Below are positions 12,401 through 25,288 of a DNA stretch of 64,000 nt, one piece after another. The notes beneath the pieces are model-generated. The model was not told the DNA's origin, made no database searches, and saw only the letters and a program-made list of their open reading frames with translations. The position numbers were made by a program, and so were the translations under genes. Source of the stretch: Penicillus capitatus. Taxonomy: Eukaryota; Plantae; Chlorophyta. Position 1 is the first letter of the stretch. The number at the start of each line of letters is the position of its first letter. The stretch spans positions 1,283,081 to 1,347,080 of the forward strand of contig OZ287695.1 of assembly GCA_965649825.1 (NCBI GenBank), written 5' to 3'.

Positions 12401-13383
12401 TCTCCTGAAGTCACATCAAAGCACAATTCTCCAGACAATCGACCTTCGTGTTATGTTAGGTCTATTGGCATTCTTATGGATGGAAGGGGCAGAAGTCCAG
12501 CAAATGGAAAAGGTGAGATGCTGGATCTGCTGTGGAATGAAATGGGTCTCAGAGAGAACGCGCCCATTACAGAATCGGACTGGAACAATTTCATGGTCCA
12601 ATACAGTCGACGAAACGCTGAACGTCACGCAAACCTCTTTGTTGTCAATGCCACCACGCCTGCTCAATTCTTCCATGCCCTTAGAAGACAGGTCACTCTC
12701 CTGGCAAGTCCATCACACAGTACATGTTCTGTTGCAGTGCAATCTGCCTTATAAGAAGCCATTGGTGATCATGAGTCCTAAGTACTTGCACCACCATCGT
12801 CCCTGTACCTCTGCCCTGGTGGATTTCTCCACGGGTACGTTTTTCAATCGCGTCATCGATGACGGGAAGTCCTCTGATAACATCCGTCATCGTACCGTGG
12901 ATACCTCGACAGGAAAGTCGTTTCTAAAATTGCCCGAAGAGATTCGCCGAGTGATTCTGTGCTCGGGTCAGATCTATTACCATCTCTCAGCCGCTCGACG
13001 ATCCAGAGGCATTCGTGACATCGTTCTGGTCCGATTGGAGCAGATTTCGCCTTTTCCACATGACTTGATCACACGAATCGTCTCGCAGTACTTAGATGCA
13101 GAAATCGTATGGTGTCAGGTACACATCCACAGTCATTGTCCACGAGAGCTCGATTCCGGAGAGCGATGTGACGTAGGAAGAGCCGAAGAATATGGGAGCG
13201 TGGCTCTACGTGCGACCGAGAATGGAGACAGCCATGCGCGAACTGTGTGGCAAGATGAAACGGACACCACGCACACTGCACTACATTGGCCGTCCTGTCT
13301 CAGCCTCGACTGCCACGGCATCCTTTCACATTCATCGCAAAGAAAGCCAAGAGATTCTGCATGCTGCATTGACAGTCGGATAG
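9423..13383 (+). CDS. OGDH: 2-oxoacid dehydrogenase E1 (OGDH/DHTKD1 family), mitochondrial, divergent; about 10 short introns
   Basis: Transit peptide [67 protein letters not shown] (ThDP motif), [71 protein letters not shown]. Substrate (2-oxoglutarate vs 2-oxoadipate) uncertain. Confidence 0.9.
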
Positions 13384-13409
13384 GAATGCATTCATTGTCT
13401 GTTGTGACA

Positions 13410-15489
13410 CTATGGCATTTTTCTTTGTACCACTTCAACCACACGCGTCTTGACAGTCTCACTGATCTTGGAGACCGCACGTTCTGTCTCGGCACGGCGA
13501 AAGAAACCAAGATAGCAGCCCGAGATCAGTATGGATAGAATGAGTACCCAACGCCATGCCTTGGACTGTGCACGAAAAACGCTAAACCCATTGTCGTCCA
13601 AAGCGTACTGCGGGAGTGGAGGATTGAGCAGGACCACATCTTTACCATTCTGCAAGATAAAATCTCCAATCTCTCTCAGCTGACGTATCATGACAGATGT
13701 CAGTCGTTTCTGATAAACGACGTCGCCGATGGCCAGTTCCAGATGTGTTTCCTCGGGATGCCAACTTATTCTAGGATGGCTGTCCGCTGGATAGAGAATG
13801 GGATCGCGATTGTGCTTATCCATAGATTTGAGTCCAAAATCGTCACAGAGGTACTCACTCAAACCCAAAATGAGAGCTTCCAGCTGATCAAAGGAGATCT
13901 CTTCGCAGATCCACGTGGTATCCTCTTCCGTTTGCTGACGATTCAGCACTTTGGATGTGAACCCTTTGATCTTTTTGTGCTTCTCTGACGGTCGATGCTG
14001 GAAATGCGATGGAAGAGGTGGATCTTCATTGCTCAGGATGCCAATCCACACGGTATCTGCTCTTGGGATCTTCATGACTTGCTCATAGACTTTGGCAGCA
14101 TGTGTAAAAATACTGCTCTCTTGGATTCCTTCGAATGGATCCTGTATACCGAGCAGGAATCGTGTGAGGTCCCTCTTTCTCCGCATCCGTTCTCTCAGCT
14201 TCTCCACTCCTCTGCCACGCACACGCAGAGCGTAATGTACATCATGGTACCCACTCTGCAGTCCACGTATGAACGCCTGAGTTGTGACCATAGACGAGAG
14301 CTACAGAACACGGTGTCACGTGTCGCTTTTCCACGAGACATGCATCGAACAATGGGATTCGAGATTTGCGGATCTTCATCTGCATAGTCCGTGGCGGCGT
14401 CAACTGCCGCTGCAAGACAGGCGGTGTGTATGCTCTCTCTCAGTCGGAGACTGATATTGGTCTCTCTATCCATCACGTCCTCTAGGCAACAGATATAAGG
14501 CGTGATTACTATTTTTTAGGTATGCTGCCCGGACTTTGCTCTTGTGTCGACTGAATGTCGCTTCCATTGTTCTCTGTCGCATCTCTTTGCTTTTCAATCA
14601 GCGCAATTCTGGACCAAAGTTCGTCGATGCATACAGATCTGGTTGTCTGCATTCTCTCTGTCTCGTATCCTGACATCTTGTGAAAACGTGAGTGCGGATC
14701 AGAGTTTAGACCGTACAAAGGAGCAGAGATACCATGCTCATAGCACGTTGATGCTCTTGATCGATCGAATGTGCCATTACGCGACGCGTTTCTTCTGATC
14801 CAAAGGCATAGACACAGACCGTCAGCCAATCTCCCAAGTGGGACAAGACCTGCAGCACTGGATTCTCCACTCCCTTTTCATTCAACTCTTCTATCTAGCT
14901 TTGCCAAAAATCGATACAGCACACATCCGGCATCTCAGAGTGCACCTTCTCGAGTTTCTCCTCTTCGAAAGGCAGTTCAGATTTTAACTTCTTAATCAAA
15001 GCGTACTGAAGTTTTGCTCGATATCGATGGTACTCCTGTCGCACCAATCAAGACGAGGCTTCGAAAATGTGACATTGGTGGTCCGTCATGTATACTTGGT
15101 GAATGGCAAGTCGTGCAGCAATGTCTGCATCTTTCCCAGTCAAGGTCCCGAAGAGCTCGACCTCGAACCACGAGCACGAAATGCTCGTCTGGACATCCAC
15201 TTCCACGTCGTTTCTCTCTGTCACGAATCCAGTCACGGTCTTCACACACGCATTCACACCTGTTAGTCATCTCAATGATTTCATGTACTATGTCACACTT
15301 CTGTCGTATCTCGTTGTGCGGCGGAGAATGTCCACGAGAGACGGCGTTGAAGGGACCTTTCTTTCTGTTCGAGAAAACGAGCAGCGCGCGGGCGTTGACG
15401 GATCGAAAGAGTCTCTCCATGGATGCTGCTATAAATTCGGCACCTTCCGCGGCAGGCGTCGCGTATCCGTGAGCGAACCGTACATGCAT
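13410..15489 (-). CDS. Uncharacterised multi-exon protein (~570 aa) with a C-terminal transmembrane helix, possibly organelle-targeted
   Basis: Six short GT-AG introns join the track fragments into one frame: ...HNEIRQK|VNACVKTV...SWFEVELF...IHQ|[10 protein letters not shown]...|IEELNEKG...RAMSM|MSGYETE...|...PI|[13 protein letters not shown]...[19 protein letters not shown]. Confidence 0.65.
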
Positions 15490-15770
15490 CACGTGGCATC
15501 TAGGCAAATGGCTATGTCAGCTCTCTCTTGCGATTACAAAATTTCCAATTCGATTAGCCACTCTTCACGCAGCCGAACCTGTTTAGTTGATTATCTCGTG
15601 TTTTTCATAAACAGTCTTCAGCTCGTTTTTCTGAACCAAGCGGTAGCATTTCTGGGCTATTGCGAATCGGAATTGCATAGGTGGCCTCATAGCCACACTC
15701 TAGCTGCAGAAGTCCCCTCGCTTCGCACGCACTCCACGTCTTCCCTTTCGAATAAGACGGGCTTTTCAAC

Positions 15771-18700
15771 ATGGCGCAGCAGTTATCGCAAAGACGCACT
15801 TTTGAAATACAGCCGGGGTCGATGCACGCGCTAACTGAGGGTATAAACGATAACGAGGACGACCACGGTGAACGGGCCCCTCAAGAGCCTCCTGGTCTTT
15901 CGAGACTCGTCACTTCTGAAATCAAGAAAGTTGTGAAGTTCAGAACCAATCGCGAATATTGGGATTCGTTACCCGTGGTCTCGAAGCTCTTCATGTTCAT
16001 GTCACTCATCGATGTTTGCATGGTTATCGGCTATGTCATCTGGCAAGTCCTCGAAGTATGTGCCCCTTCACTCTGCTTATGGCCACATTTCTCATGTGTC
16101 CTTCTAGATGGCAGATTTCTTCGAAAGCGAAACGAATGATGCCAAGAGAGAAGAGCATTTGCATGTTGTCCTGGGGATGCTCGTCACAGCCGTGTTTCTT
16201 ATTATTTTTGTGTTGGATGCGATATCCCAGGAAAATGATTTCGAGCTGCTTGCGTGTATCCTGCTCATTGTTGTCGTTGCCGGTCGTGTGATTTACTTCA
16301 CGGTGAGTGAGCATTGCTCCCCTGCTGATGTGACAGCACTGAATGTCGCCAAATGCTGTGTAGATTGCGGCGGGATTTAGCACCTGGTCACAGATTCTGG
16401 GAATCGCCATTGTATCGGTCGCTGCGATTATCACAACCCTGCTTGCTTGTTTGACCTATAACAGATTTGGATGGAGAGTCTACAGTCATTTGGCATCCGA
16501 TCTCCGAGTAAAGCATGCAACTGAACGGACAATTCTCTACTTTGCACAAAACCGATTTGCCACTCTGGTGAAGCTGGATCTACAGGTCAGCTGTACTGGC
16601 CCTTGCTTGCATCTGTAGGATCGTTCTGTTTGGTAGTTTCTTGTTTTGACGGCGATTATGGGATTCGTTATGTCTTTTCAAAACTACGATGGGTCTGTGG
16701 GAAAACATACGACAACCCTTATCATGCTCATTTCTACATCCGCTGGTTTTTTGATTGGATTTGCCTGGCTGGGAGCTTCATATTACGGAGTTCGTCACGA
16801 AAAGCAAAAACTGGTACAGGTGCTCGGATTTGCATGCATTTTTACATTCATCCTCCCAATTGGAGCCGTCGTTGCAGGTATCGACCTCTCTTTACCCCCA
16901 TACCCACATCTAATGGTCCTTCTGTGTCTCGCTTACAGCCTATATGGGTGAGACTGCCCACGAGAGGGCTGCCTCGGAGTCTCTCCTCATTTCTACCATC
17001 TTGCTAGTCCTAATCCGTCTCCTTGTGTGTGATGCTTGTTGCGTATGTGACCCGCGTGGACGGAGTGCGTGTGTATTTACAGGTTTGGCATTACATGGCA
17101 AAACTGATGACTTTGTCTGCCGCTAAACACGATAAGAGTGAAAAATCTGATCACGCTCTCAAATTCCGAATGTCGAATAAACACCCTGATCTCCTCCCCC
17201 TGCTCAAAGGAGCTTGGCTGGTCAGACATTCCTCCATTGAAACGTGTGTCTCATGCACACGCTGTGTTTTAGATAAAGCAATCGCCAACTTCTCCGAACA
17301 AACGCCGTTTCTTTCAATTATCTCAAGATCACACGACACTTCGATGGGCATGGAAGAGTTATGTGTTGCTGTACTACGTCGACGAAATGGAAACGGACGA
17401 CAAGGCGAACAAAATAACACTTCACTTTTCAATCGGGCCAAATTTGACTGTCAGTTTTGACACGGCCAACGAGTACGAGACATGGAAACGTGGACTGAGT
17501 GTACTCTTGGCACTGCTGATGGCACCAGACGACAATCTTGAACAGCACAGCCATGTCAATTTGTCCGCGCGTAGACCAAAGCGCAAAATCGAAGGAAGAG
17601 AAGCCAGTTAAGCCGTGCTGTCTCGTACACAGACATAAATCATGTGGTTGCTTTTGAACAGGTTCCACATTTGATGCATTTCTCGAGAGGTTGGGCGTCA
17701 GCACTGCTCGGAATCAGGCCCTCCGTGCATCGCAGCATGGGCATGTCACTCAGCATCCTCTCAAAGATGCACAGAAGGAATGGAAAATGAAGTTGGAGTC
17801 CAAGCACCATCCATCTGGGACAGAATCGAATAATCTGAAAATGCAGCTGAACACCCAGACGAGCGATATCCCTGCCCAGCGTCAGTCTTCACGGATTCCT
17901 TCGTGTAAAGAGGGCCCAAATGCAGGCATCTATCCACAGCAGTCTCTCGATTCTCAAGGTACCCCTCTTCACCATGCCTGTCTTCTGAACCGTGGGTCGG
18001 TGTTCTTGTGAAACAGGTGAGTCGTCGGGTGATTCTGCAACTCCTTCTCAGGGGTCCGATCGGCAAAATACCGAAGGAGAACGTGGAATCCTCGGCCGTA
18101 TTCCTTCATTCGTTGAAACCATTGAATTTACCGATCTGGAACAAGGAAAATTTTTGGGATCTGGCGCTGAAGGTGCTGTCTATGCTGCTTGGTATCTGGA
18201 CACACCTGTCGCCATGAAGAAAACCAATTCTGTTCACGAGCTGGAAATGACGCTTTGTGCGGGTCAACACGATAATGTGGTGGGTCTGAGGGGTATTGCC
18301 AAAGAGGGATCATCAACATACATTGTTCTGGAGTATTGTCCGAGGGGAACACTCGATGTCTTGCTGCATCACACGATGACGTGTCGCTGGGAACCTGCTA
18401 AAGTACTGCAGATGGTGCGGAGCATCGCGCGTGGCGTTCTGCATCTTCATTCACGCAAACCTGCCATGTTGCACCGAGATTTGAAACCGGCGAACGTTTT
18501 TGTGAGCCACGGTCTGTTGCTGAAGATTGGAGATTTTGGAATGAGCCGTCAGCTCAAGGCCTCGCCAGAAACGGAACAGAAGGCGACGAGAGGAAGGATC
18601 CGGCGCACACTGACCCCAGGTGTGATCGGAACGGCCAACTACACAGCGCCTGAACTTCTCGACGAAAGATTGCAGTCTCAGGAATACAATGTTGAGCGTA

Positions 18701-19069
18701 TTCTGAAAGCAGATGTTTATTCCTTTGGGGTGACCATGTGGGAAATTGTTCAAAGAGAGCGTCCATTTGAGGGAATGGAATTCTATCAGATTGTGACATC
18801 GTGGTCCAGTGACCCAGATTCCATGAAACTAGAGCCGTTTTCAATACCTAGAGGCCGTAAACCGGAAGAGATCGCTCTCATGAGATCGTTGCAAGAGCTG
18901 ACAGTCGAATGCACGGATGTCGATCCGGACAGGTATGTCTCTCTGCATGTTGATCATATAGATGCTGAGAGATTGATGTGACAGGCGACCGAGTATGAGG
19001 AATGTAGTGAACAGGCTCAAAGACATGCACGTGGAACTTCGACGGGTCGCCGGAGACGGAGCTGTGTAG
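15771..19069 (+). CDS. Multi-pass membrane (~8 TM, UPF0658-like) + PLC-delta-type PH domain + TKL/Raf-like Ser/Thr kinase fusion; nine introns
   Basis: All junctions are GT-AG and keep frame from ATG 15771 to TAG 19069. TM part has QENDFELL, FGWRVYSHLASD, LVKLDLQ, GVRHEK. PH part is DLLPLLKGAWL|IKQSPTSPNKRRFFQLSQDHTTLRW...EYETWKRGL. Kinase has GSGAEG, VAMKK, HRDLKPAN, DFG, APE, DVYSFG. Confidence 0.8.
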
Positions 19070-19122
19070 AATCTGATGTGCGGTTTGACTGACACCATTC
19101 CCGATGACATTTAGCACCCACC

Positions 19123-19127
19123 TGTAA
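19123..19127 (+). promoter_or_regulatory. TGTAA polyadenylation signal (chlorophyte type), representative example
   Basis: TGTAA lies 54 nt after the kinase stop. Also seen after ABCG (23072), RPL6 (26397), SDH3 (29616), the 29706 orphan (30723), SNX (51584), MCM4 (55623), and on the minus strand after RPS25, GCN2, ZNF830-like and UFD1-UBX. Confidence 0.65.
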
Positions 19128-19267
19128 GGCAAACGGCTTTTTAGCTTGGGGAATGCCGCCCTTCATCATCTCAGCATGATGCGACGTTCAGTGTCGCGTC
19201 ATCGCTGAACAGTACTTACCTTCCGTCTCATATGAGCATGACGGATTCTGTCCGTTCTGTAAGAACA

Positions 19268-22200
19268 ATGTGGTCGTGCAAAATCCTCAACTTCGTCTGC
19301 TTTCTATGTTTGTATGTGCACTTCTCTGGCAGGGCTTTTGCATTAGAGTGTGACTTGGCCTTGCATATCGACGGCGCAGCGTCGGAATTTAATGTTACGG
19401 GACGTGCCAATTCAGCAGTGCTGCCGAATATCGAGCTCGAACCGGCGTACCCTGACCAACGCGTGGGTCTAACTGGGACGCTGTACTTCCGCTCTGCTGG
19501 AGGATGTCCTTCCAATTCCCGACAGCTGCAGCGCGTCCTGTCATCTGGGAACTTCACCATTGCGGCAGCCAATGATCTTCGCCTCTACCCATCCAATGCG
19601 ACGCTCTTGGCATCTGTCTTCGCTCGATTGGAATTCCTGGACCTACAGTTTGTCTACCGTTGGCGCAAAGTTCGATCTGACGGCGATGAGAATCGCATCG
19701 TGGGCAACACCACTCTAAGAGTCGTGCAAGGAAATGTTCAGTACACAGTGAATGAGACACTGGGATTCGATGTTGAGCCAGGAGAGGCTTCCTTAACGAA
19801 CAACACGTCAAATCAACTGCAAGAAGCAGAACTCGCACTCAATGGCTCCAGAATGCGATTGGACATACCTGAAGCGGCGTTTTCCTTTCAGACTGACGTG
19901 GAAACGGGTGTCGATCTGATCCCTGTCTTGGAAGCTACATTGAATCTCACTGGTCGCATCGTGGCTGAAGCTTTTGTCGAATGTTCGGACAAGAGCTGTG
20001 GTGAAAATGGAAGATGTTTGGCATTAGAGAACGGGGAAAATGTTTGCGAGTGCGCCTGTGGTTGGGCAGGAACGGACTGTGACATTCCAAGTGGCTTCTG
20101 TGATTCTTACGGTGAACAGGAATCCACCATTCAACTCCTGCAACAAACCCTTGCTCAGAATGCAGCGCCGCCGTCGCCGCCGGAGACAACCACACGACCG
20201 TCTTCCAGACAAAACCTCATCCAACAGTGCGAAGAGCTCTTCACTTCTCGGCAGTGTCCAGATGCCAGATCGCAGTACAGTTTTGCCAATCAAGAATGCG
20301 TCTGTACAGAAGGATGGGTCGGAAGAGACTGCGATATTTGTACGGCTGGAGGAGCGTGTCCCGATTTCTATGAAGACGGTGCTGCCTGTTTAACGGACGG
20401 TGTCTACAATTCCCGTTCAGGAAAGAAGATCTACGAATGTGATCTGCGGGATACGGGTTTGAATGTCTTCGTTGGGAATTTCATTAAGTTTGTGTGTAAC
20501 ACGACTGGACCGCGATTCCATGATGCCGAATTCCAAGAATCTCAACAGAATGCTCTGACGACCGACCCTGTGAACAACACCCCGTTCTGTACTGTCGATT
20601 TTACCTATCAGGAAGACACCCCTGTCAACTGCACAGCATGGGGATGCACATATGCACCCGCCTCTACGAGAGTGGAATGCAGTACGATGCTGTGCGACTG
20701 CAAAGACTGTGACGCGATCGAAGGACTTGTGAACAATATCAACAGCATCTCGCTGGAGTGTGATGACGATCGTCAATGTGTGGTGGACTTTGGCGGACTC
20801 TCCATTGCCGTGGAAGCTCCCTGCAATATCGGCGAATGTCTGCTTCCAAGCAATCCCGATTTCAGAGTGTTTCGAAGAGGAAAGGACGGAATAAACGTGC
20901 GTCTCTCTCCTTGTTCAGTTCCAATTTCATCGCGTGTTCCTTTAGATCAATTGGGATATCTTTATCATCTCTATGCCACTGACGTTTCTGGGAGTGTTGC
21001 TGGTGTTGTTTGGCATTCCTTCTGCGGTTCTGAGCATCAGGATGACGACACCTGTTGCCGAAAGGACAGACAAAGCGACCAAGACACCTACTGAAGGACA
21101 CAGTGGCGCCGAGATCTCTTTCAAAGCTGTTAGTTGTATGGTGCCCACCAGACTTGATTCCGGTACCATCATGAAGCAGTGGAATTCCTTCCTGAAGAGA
21201 ACGGAAGAGAACAATCATCTAGTACAACCACGTGCAGATTCTCCCATCCACCAGCACATTCTGCACACGCCTCCTGGATACAAGTCTGTCCTGCACGGGA
21301 TCAGTGGGACAGTCCGAAAAGGCACACTGACTGGGGTGTTGGGCCCATCGGGTAGCGGCAAAACGACGTTTCTCAGTATCATTTGTGGCATCTCGGCGGA
21401 TCGTACATCGGCCAGAAGGATCGACGGAGAGATACTGATCAATGGCAGACGAGCCGGACAATGGGCCAAGCGTCTGCTCGCTTTCGTCCCTCAGGATGAC
21501 AAACTCCTTTCCACATTGACTGTTCGCGAGTCCCTGATGTACTCTGCCGTTCTGCGTCTGCCTGGAAGCGCAATGCGTGTGATTAAGCAGAAAGTCGATG
21601 AAACGATGATCGAGCTCGGTCTCAAGTCTGTCGAACATTCGCAAGTGGGAGGGGTTATCAACAAGCGAGGCATCAGTGGAGGGGAACGACGGCGAGTGAC
21701 GATCGGTATGGAGTTAGTGATCGATCCGAATCTAATGATCTTAGACGAGCCCACTTCTGGATTAGACAGCTTTACGGCCACAAGTCTGTTGCGCACCCTC
21801 AAGAACATCTGCAACGGAGGCCGGACAGTAATCCTGTCGATGCATCAACCCACCCCAGCCATGTTAGACATGTTGGATCAATTGCTGTTGTTAGCTAAAG
21901 GATTTCAAGTCTATCTGGGACCGCCAGCAGAGGCAGCCGGTTTTTTCAAACGCCATGGATTCCAGCAAGAAGACAAGACCACACACATTGCGGAACACAT
22001 GTTGGAAGTCGTTAGCAGTCAGGAAAATCTGATTCCTTTGCTCGAGTCCATTTACCATGGAAATAACGGCGGCGTTGCTGGAGAAGGAACGGAGACGGAG
22101 TGGCAAGAATCGACGATCTCTCACAATGCCACAACGCGGAGTTTGCCGAAGGCCATGACTGAGCACATGCAGAAATTCCTTGTTTCTATCTCCGTCCTGC

Positions 22201-23039
22201 TCTGGAGAGGTTTCTTGGACATTCTTCGAAACCCTGCTCTGCTCCTGGCCCATGTGATCGTTGCTATCGCCATCGGCGTCTTCTGTGGTGGCATCTTTTA
22301 CGATGCGGATCTGACCATCGACGGTGCTCAGAACCGTCTGGGGGCTGCTTTCTTTGTGTTGGCTTTCTTGGGATTCTGGTCACTGACAACGATCGATCTC
22401 CTCCACGTGGAACGGGAGATCGTTGCTCGGGAGACATCCAGTGGATACTATAACCCATACGTCTATCTCGTTTCCAAGATCCTATTGGATGCAGTGCTGC
22501 TGCGTGTATTGCCAGCCACTCTGATGACGTTGCCGCTCTATTTTATGATGGGACTTCAGAACACCGTGGAAAAGTTTGTGATCTTTCTCTTCACCGTTGC
22601 AACATTCAACATCACCGTTGGGCTGATCGCCATGACCATCACTCTTTTGGCGCACACAGCGGGAACGGCATCACTCTTAATCAATACCGTCCTGCTTGTG
22701 GGTTTGCTGTTCGCTGGGCATTTGGTCAATATCCCATCCATGCCAAAGGGTCTCCAATGGTTACATCATCTATCCCCTTTTCATTACGGATTCCAAATTC
22801 TGGCGGTGAACGAAATGCTTGGACTCCGATTGAATTTTGTCGTGCCTGGCTATGCCGATGTTGACGGCATTGGAGGTGATGTCTTTCTCAGGACAGTTGG
22901 CATCGAAGATCACGACATCACTTATGATCTCAAGGCATTTATCATCTTCTATGCCGTTGCACTTGTCTTGACGTACATGGCCATGTGGATCCATCTGCAT
23001 TTCAGATCGCTTCATCGCCGATTGACAGCACTCTTTTGA
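19268..23039 (+). CDS. ABCG half-transporter with signal peptide and large EGF/Cys-rich ectodomain (yeast Adp1-like architecture); one intron
   Basis: Signal peptide MWSCKILNFVCFLCLYVHFSGRAFA, EGF repeats (CGENGRC...CECACGWAGTDC; CVCTEGWVGRDC), TM, Walker A GPSGSGKT, signature ISGGERRR, Walker B ILDEPTSGLD, ABC2 membrane domain. Intron gtgcgt...ctttag joins GIN|INWDIFII. Alternative ATG at 19232. Confidence 0.9.
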
Positions 23040-23224
23040 ATCTATCTTGTCTCGATGAACAGACATTCTTATGTAATGGATCAACTTATTCAGCGTGATA
23101 GTGACGTCCCACGGCACGTATTCGCGCAAGACATGTAAATGAGGAATGAATGACAGGATCGTGACGTACTCGATCATTGTCCAGTTCATTTGCCGTAGAG
23201 CAAGCGATCCAATAGACGAGCAGG

Positions 23225-24908
23225 ATGGGAACGCCAGACGAACGCGTAGGAAGTTTGTTCGTTCGTCTAGTTCCATGCACGCGTATCTGTCCTTCCATCA
23301 GGTCAAGCGCGCCGAAAAGGAGACAAAATTGGGACTTTCCGCCAAGAAAGAAGAGAACTTTGGCGATTGGTACTCAGAAGTTGTGGTGAAATCCGAATTC
23401 ATCAGCTACTATGACATTTCTGGCTGCTATGTACTGCGTCCGGATGCTTTCGATATCTGGTCCAAGGTCCAGGACTACTTTGATGGAGAGATCAAGAAAC
23501 TGGGTGTACGAAATGCCTATTTCCCTCTCTTTATCCCAGAAGAGAACCTTAACAAGGAGGAGGATCATGTCGAGGGATTTGCCCCCGAGGTGGCATGGGT
23601 CACCAAATCGGGCAAGTCTGAACTCGATAAACCCATTGCCATTCGCCCCACCAGCGAAACGGTCTGGTCTTGAAGCTATGGCACCAAGGCAACTGTGTCC
23701 TTAGGTCATGTATCCGTACTATGCCCAGTGGATTCGGAGTCATAGAGATCTGCCGTTGAGGTTGAATCAATGGACGAATATTGTGCGATGGGAATTCAAA
23801 CACCCGACGCCGTTCATCCGCAGTCGGGAGTTTCTGTGGCAAGAGGGGCACACGGCATTCGCGACGGAAGAAGAGGCCGTTGAGGAAGTCTATGTCATTC
23901 TGGACCTCTATCGACAAGTCTACGAAGAACTGTTGGCTGTTCCGGTGATCAAGGGATTCAAATCAGAGGCAGAAAAATTCGCAGGGGCTAAATTCACGAC
24001 ATCTGTCGAGGCCTTCATTCCTTCGACAGGACGCGGCATCCAAGGGGCAACCTCTCATTGCCTCGGGCAGAATTTCAGCAAGATATTCGACATCACGTAT
24101 GCCTTACGGCCTTGGTGATCATGCCAAGTTGCATGGATGATGATGATGCAGGTACTCTGCAGATGACAAAGAGGCACAGTTCGTGTGGCAGAATTCGTGG
24201 GGGATAACAACAAGGACGATTGGTGTGATGATCATGATTCACGGAGATGACAAAGGAGTGATCGTCCCTCCCCGAGTGTCTTCCTGGCAGATCGTTGTGA
24301 TCCCGATCATCAACGCCAAAATGAATCTCGAAGGGAAAGAGTCTCTCCTCAAACAAGCAGAACTGCTCTATCAAGATCTCAAAACTGCCGGCATTCGTGC
24401 CGAGAAAGATTTTCGCGAAAATTACACGCCTGGATGGAAATACAATCATTGGGAGCTGAAAGGCGTTCCCCTGCGACTGGAACTTGGACCACGCGATATG
24501 CAGAAGGAAGCGTGTGTTCTGGTCCGTAGAGATACATCACAGAAGACGTTTGATGTGCCATGGACGGATGTGCCAGTGACTGTGACAACGATGCTCGAGA
24601 CGATGCAGTCGGACATGTTTCAGAAAGCAAAGGCCAAAATGGATGCGTGCATTGATGTGGCACGAACGTGGAAGGAATTCATGGATGCACTGAATCGCAA
24701 ACACATGGTTCTGGCTCCATGGTGCAACGAGACAGAAGTGGAGGAGAAGGTGAAGAAAGACAGCGCTGTGGGTGACCAGATGGGCGCCAAGACACTCTGC
24801 ACACCTTTTGAAGGCACGCCTGGTGTGCCACCCCTGGAAGACGGCACCGTCTGCTTCGTCACGGGCAAGCCAGCAGTGCAGTGGACACTCTGGGGACGAT
24901 CCTACTAG
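23225..24908 (+). CDS. ProRS: Prolyl-tRNA synthetase, cytosolic (eukaryote/archaea type); three introns
   Basis: [29 protein letters not shown]|[59 protein letters not shown]-terminal WTLWGRSY. Confidence 0.95.
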
Positions 24909-25288
24909 TCTTTTGACGTCCTTGTCTGGTCGGGTCGCCTCGACACAGACATGATGTCCGAGAACTGACGACTATCGGTAGTCTGAGCGTTGGATGGTGT
25001 GAAAGAGACGTGCATACACAAATTCGTGCAAGGGACACAGGGGGTGGTTGGTTCTACATACAGTGTGCCAAGTGGATTCGTAGAGACACCAGCTGAGGGA
25101 TAACAACACATGAAACGCACAAGATATTCGTCTCGTTTCTATGCGATCATGAGGAATGCTTAAGGCATTGTCAGAAGATTAACAAATCAATAAATGTCCA
25201 CGAATGTTCCGTACACAGGGACAGGACGCATCGTCGCATGCCATTGCTCGACATGTTGTCATCGCGCAGCGCTGTCCTTTCGCTTCTC

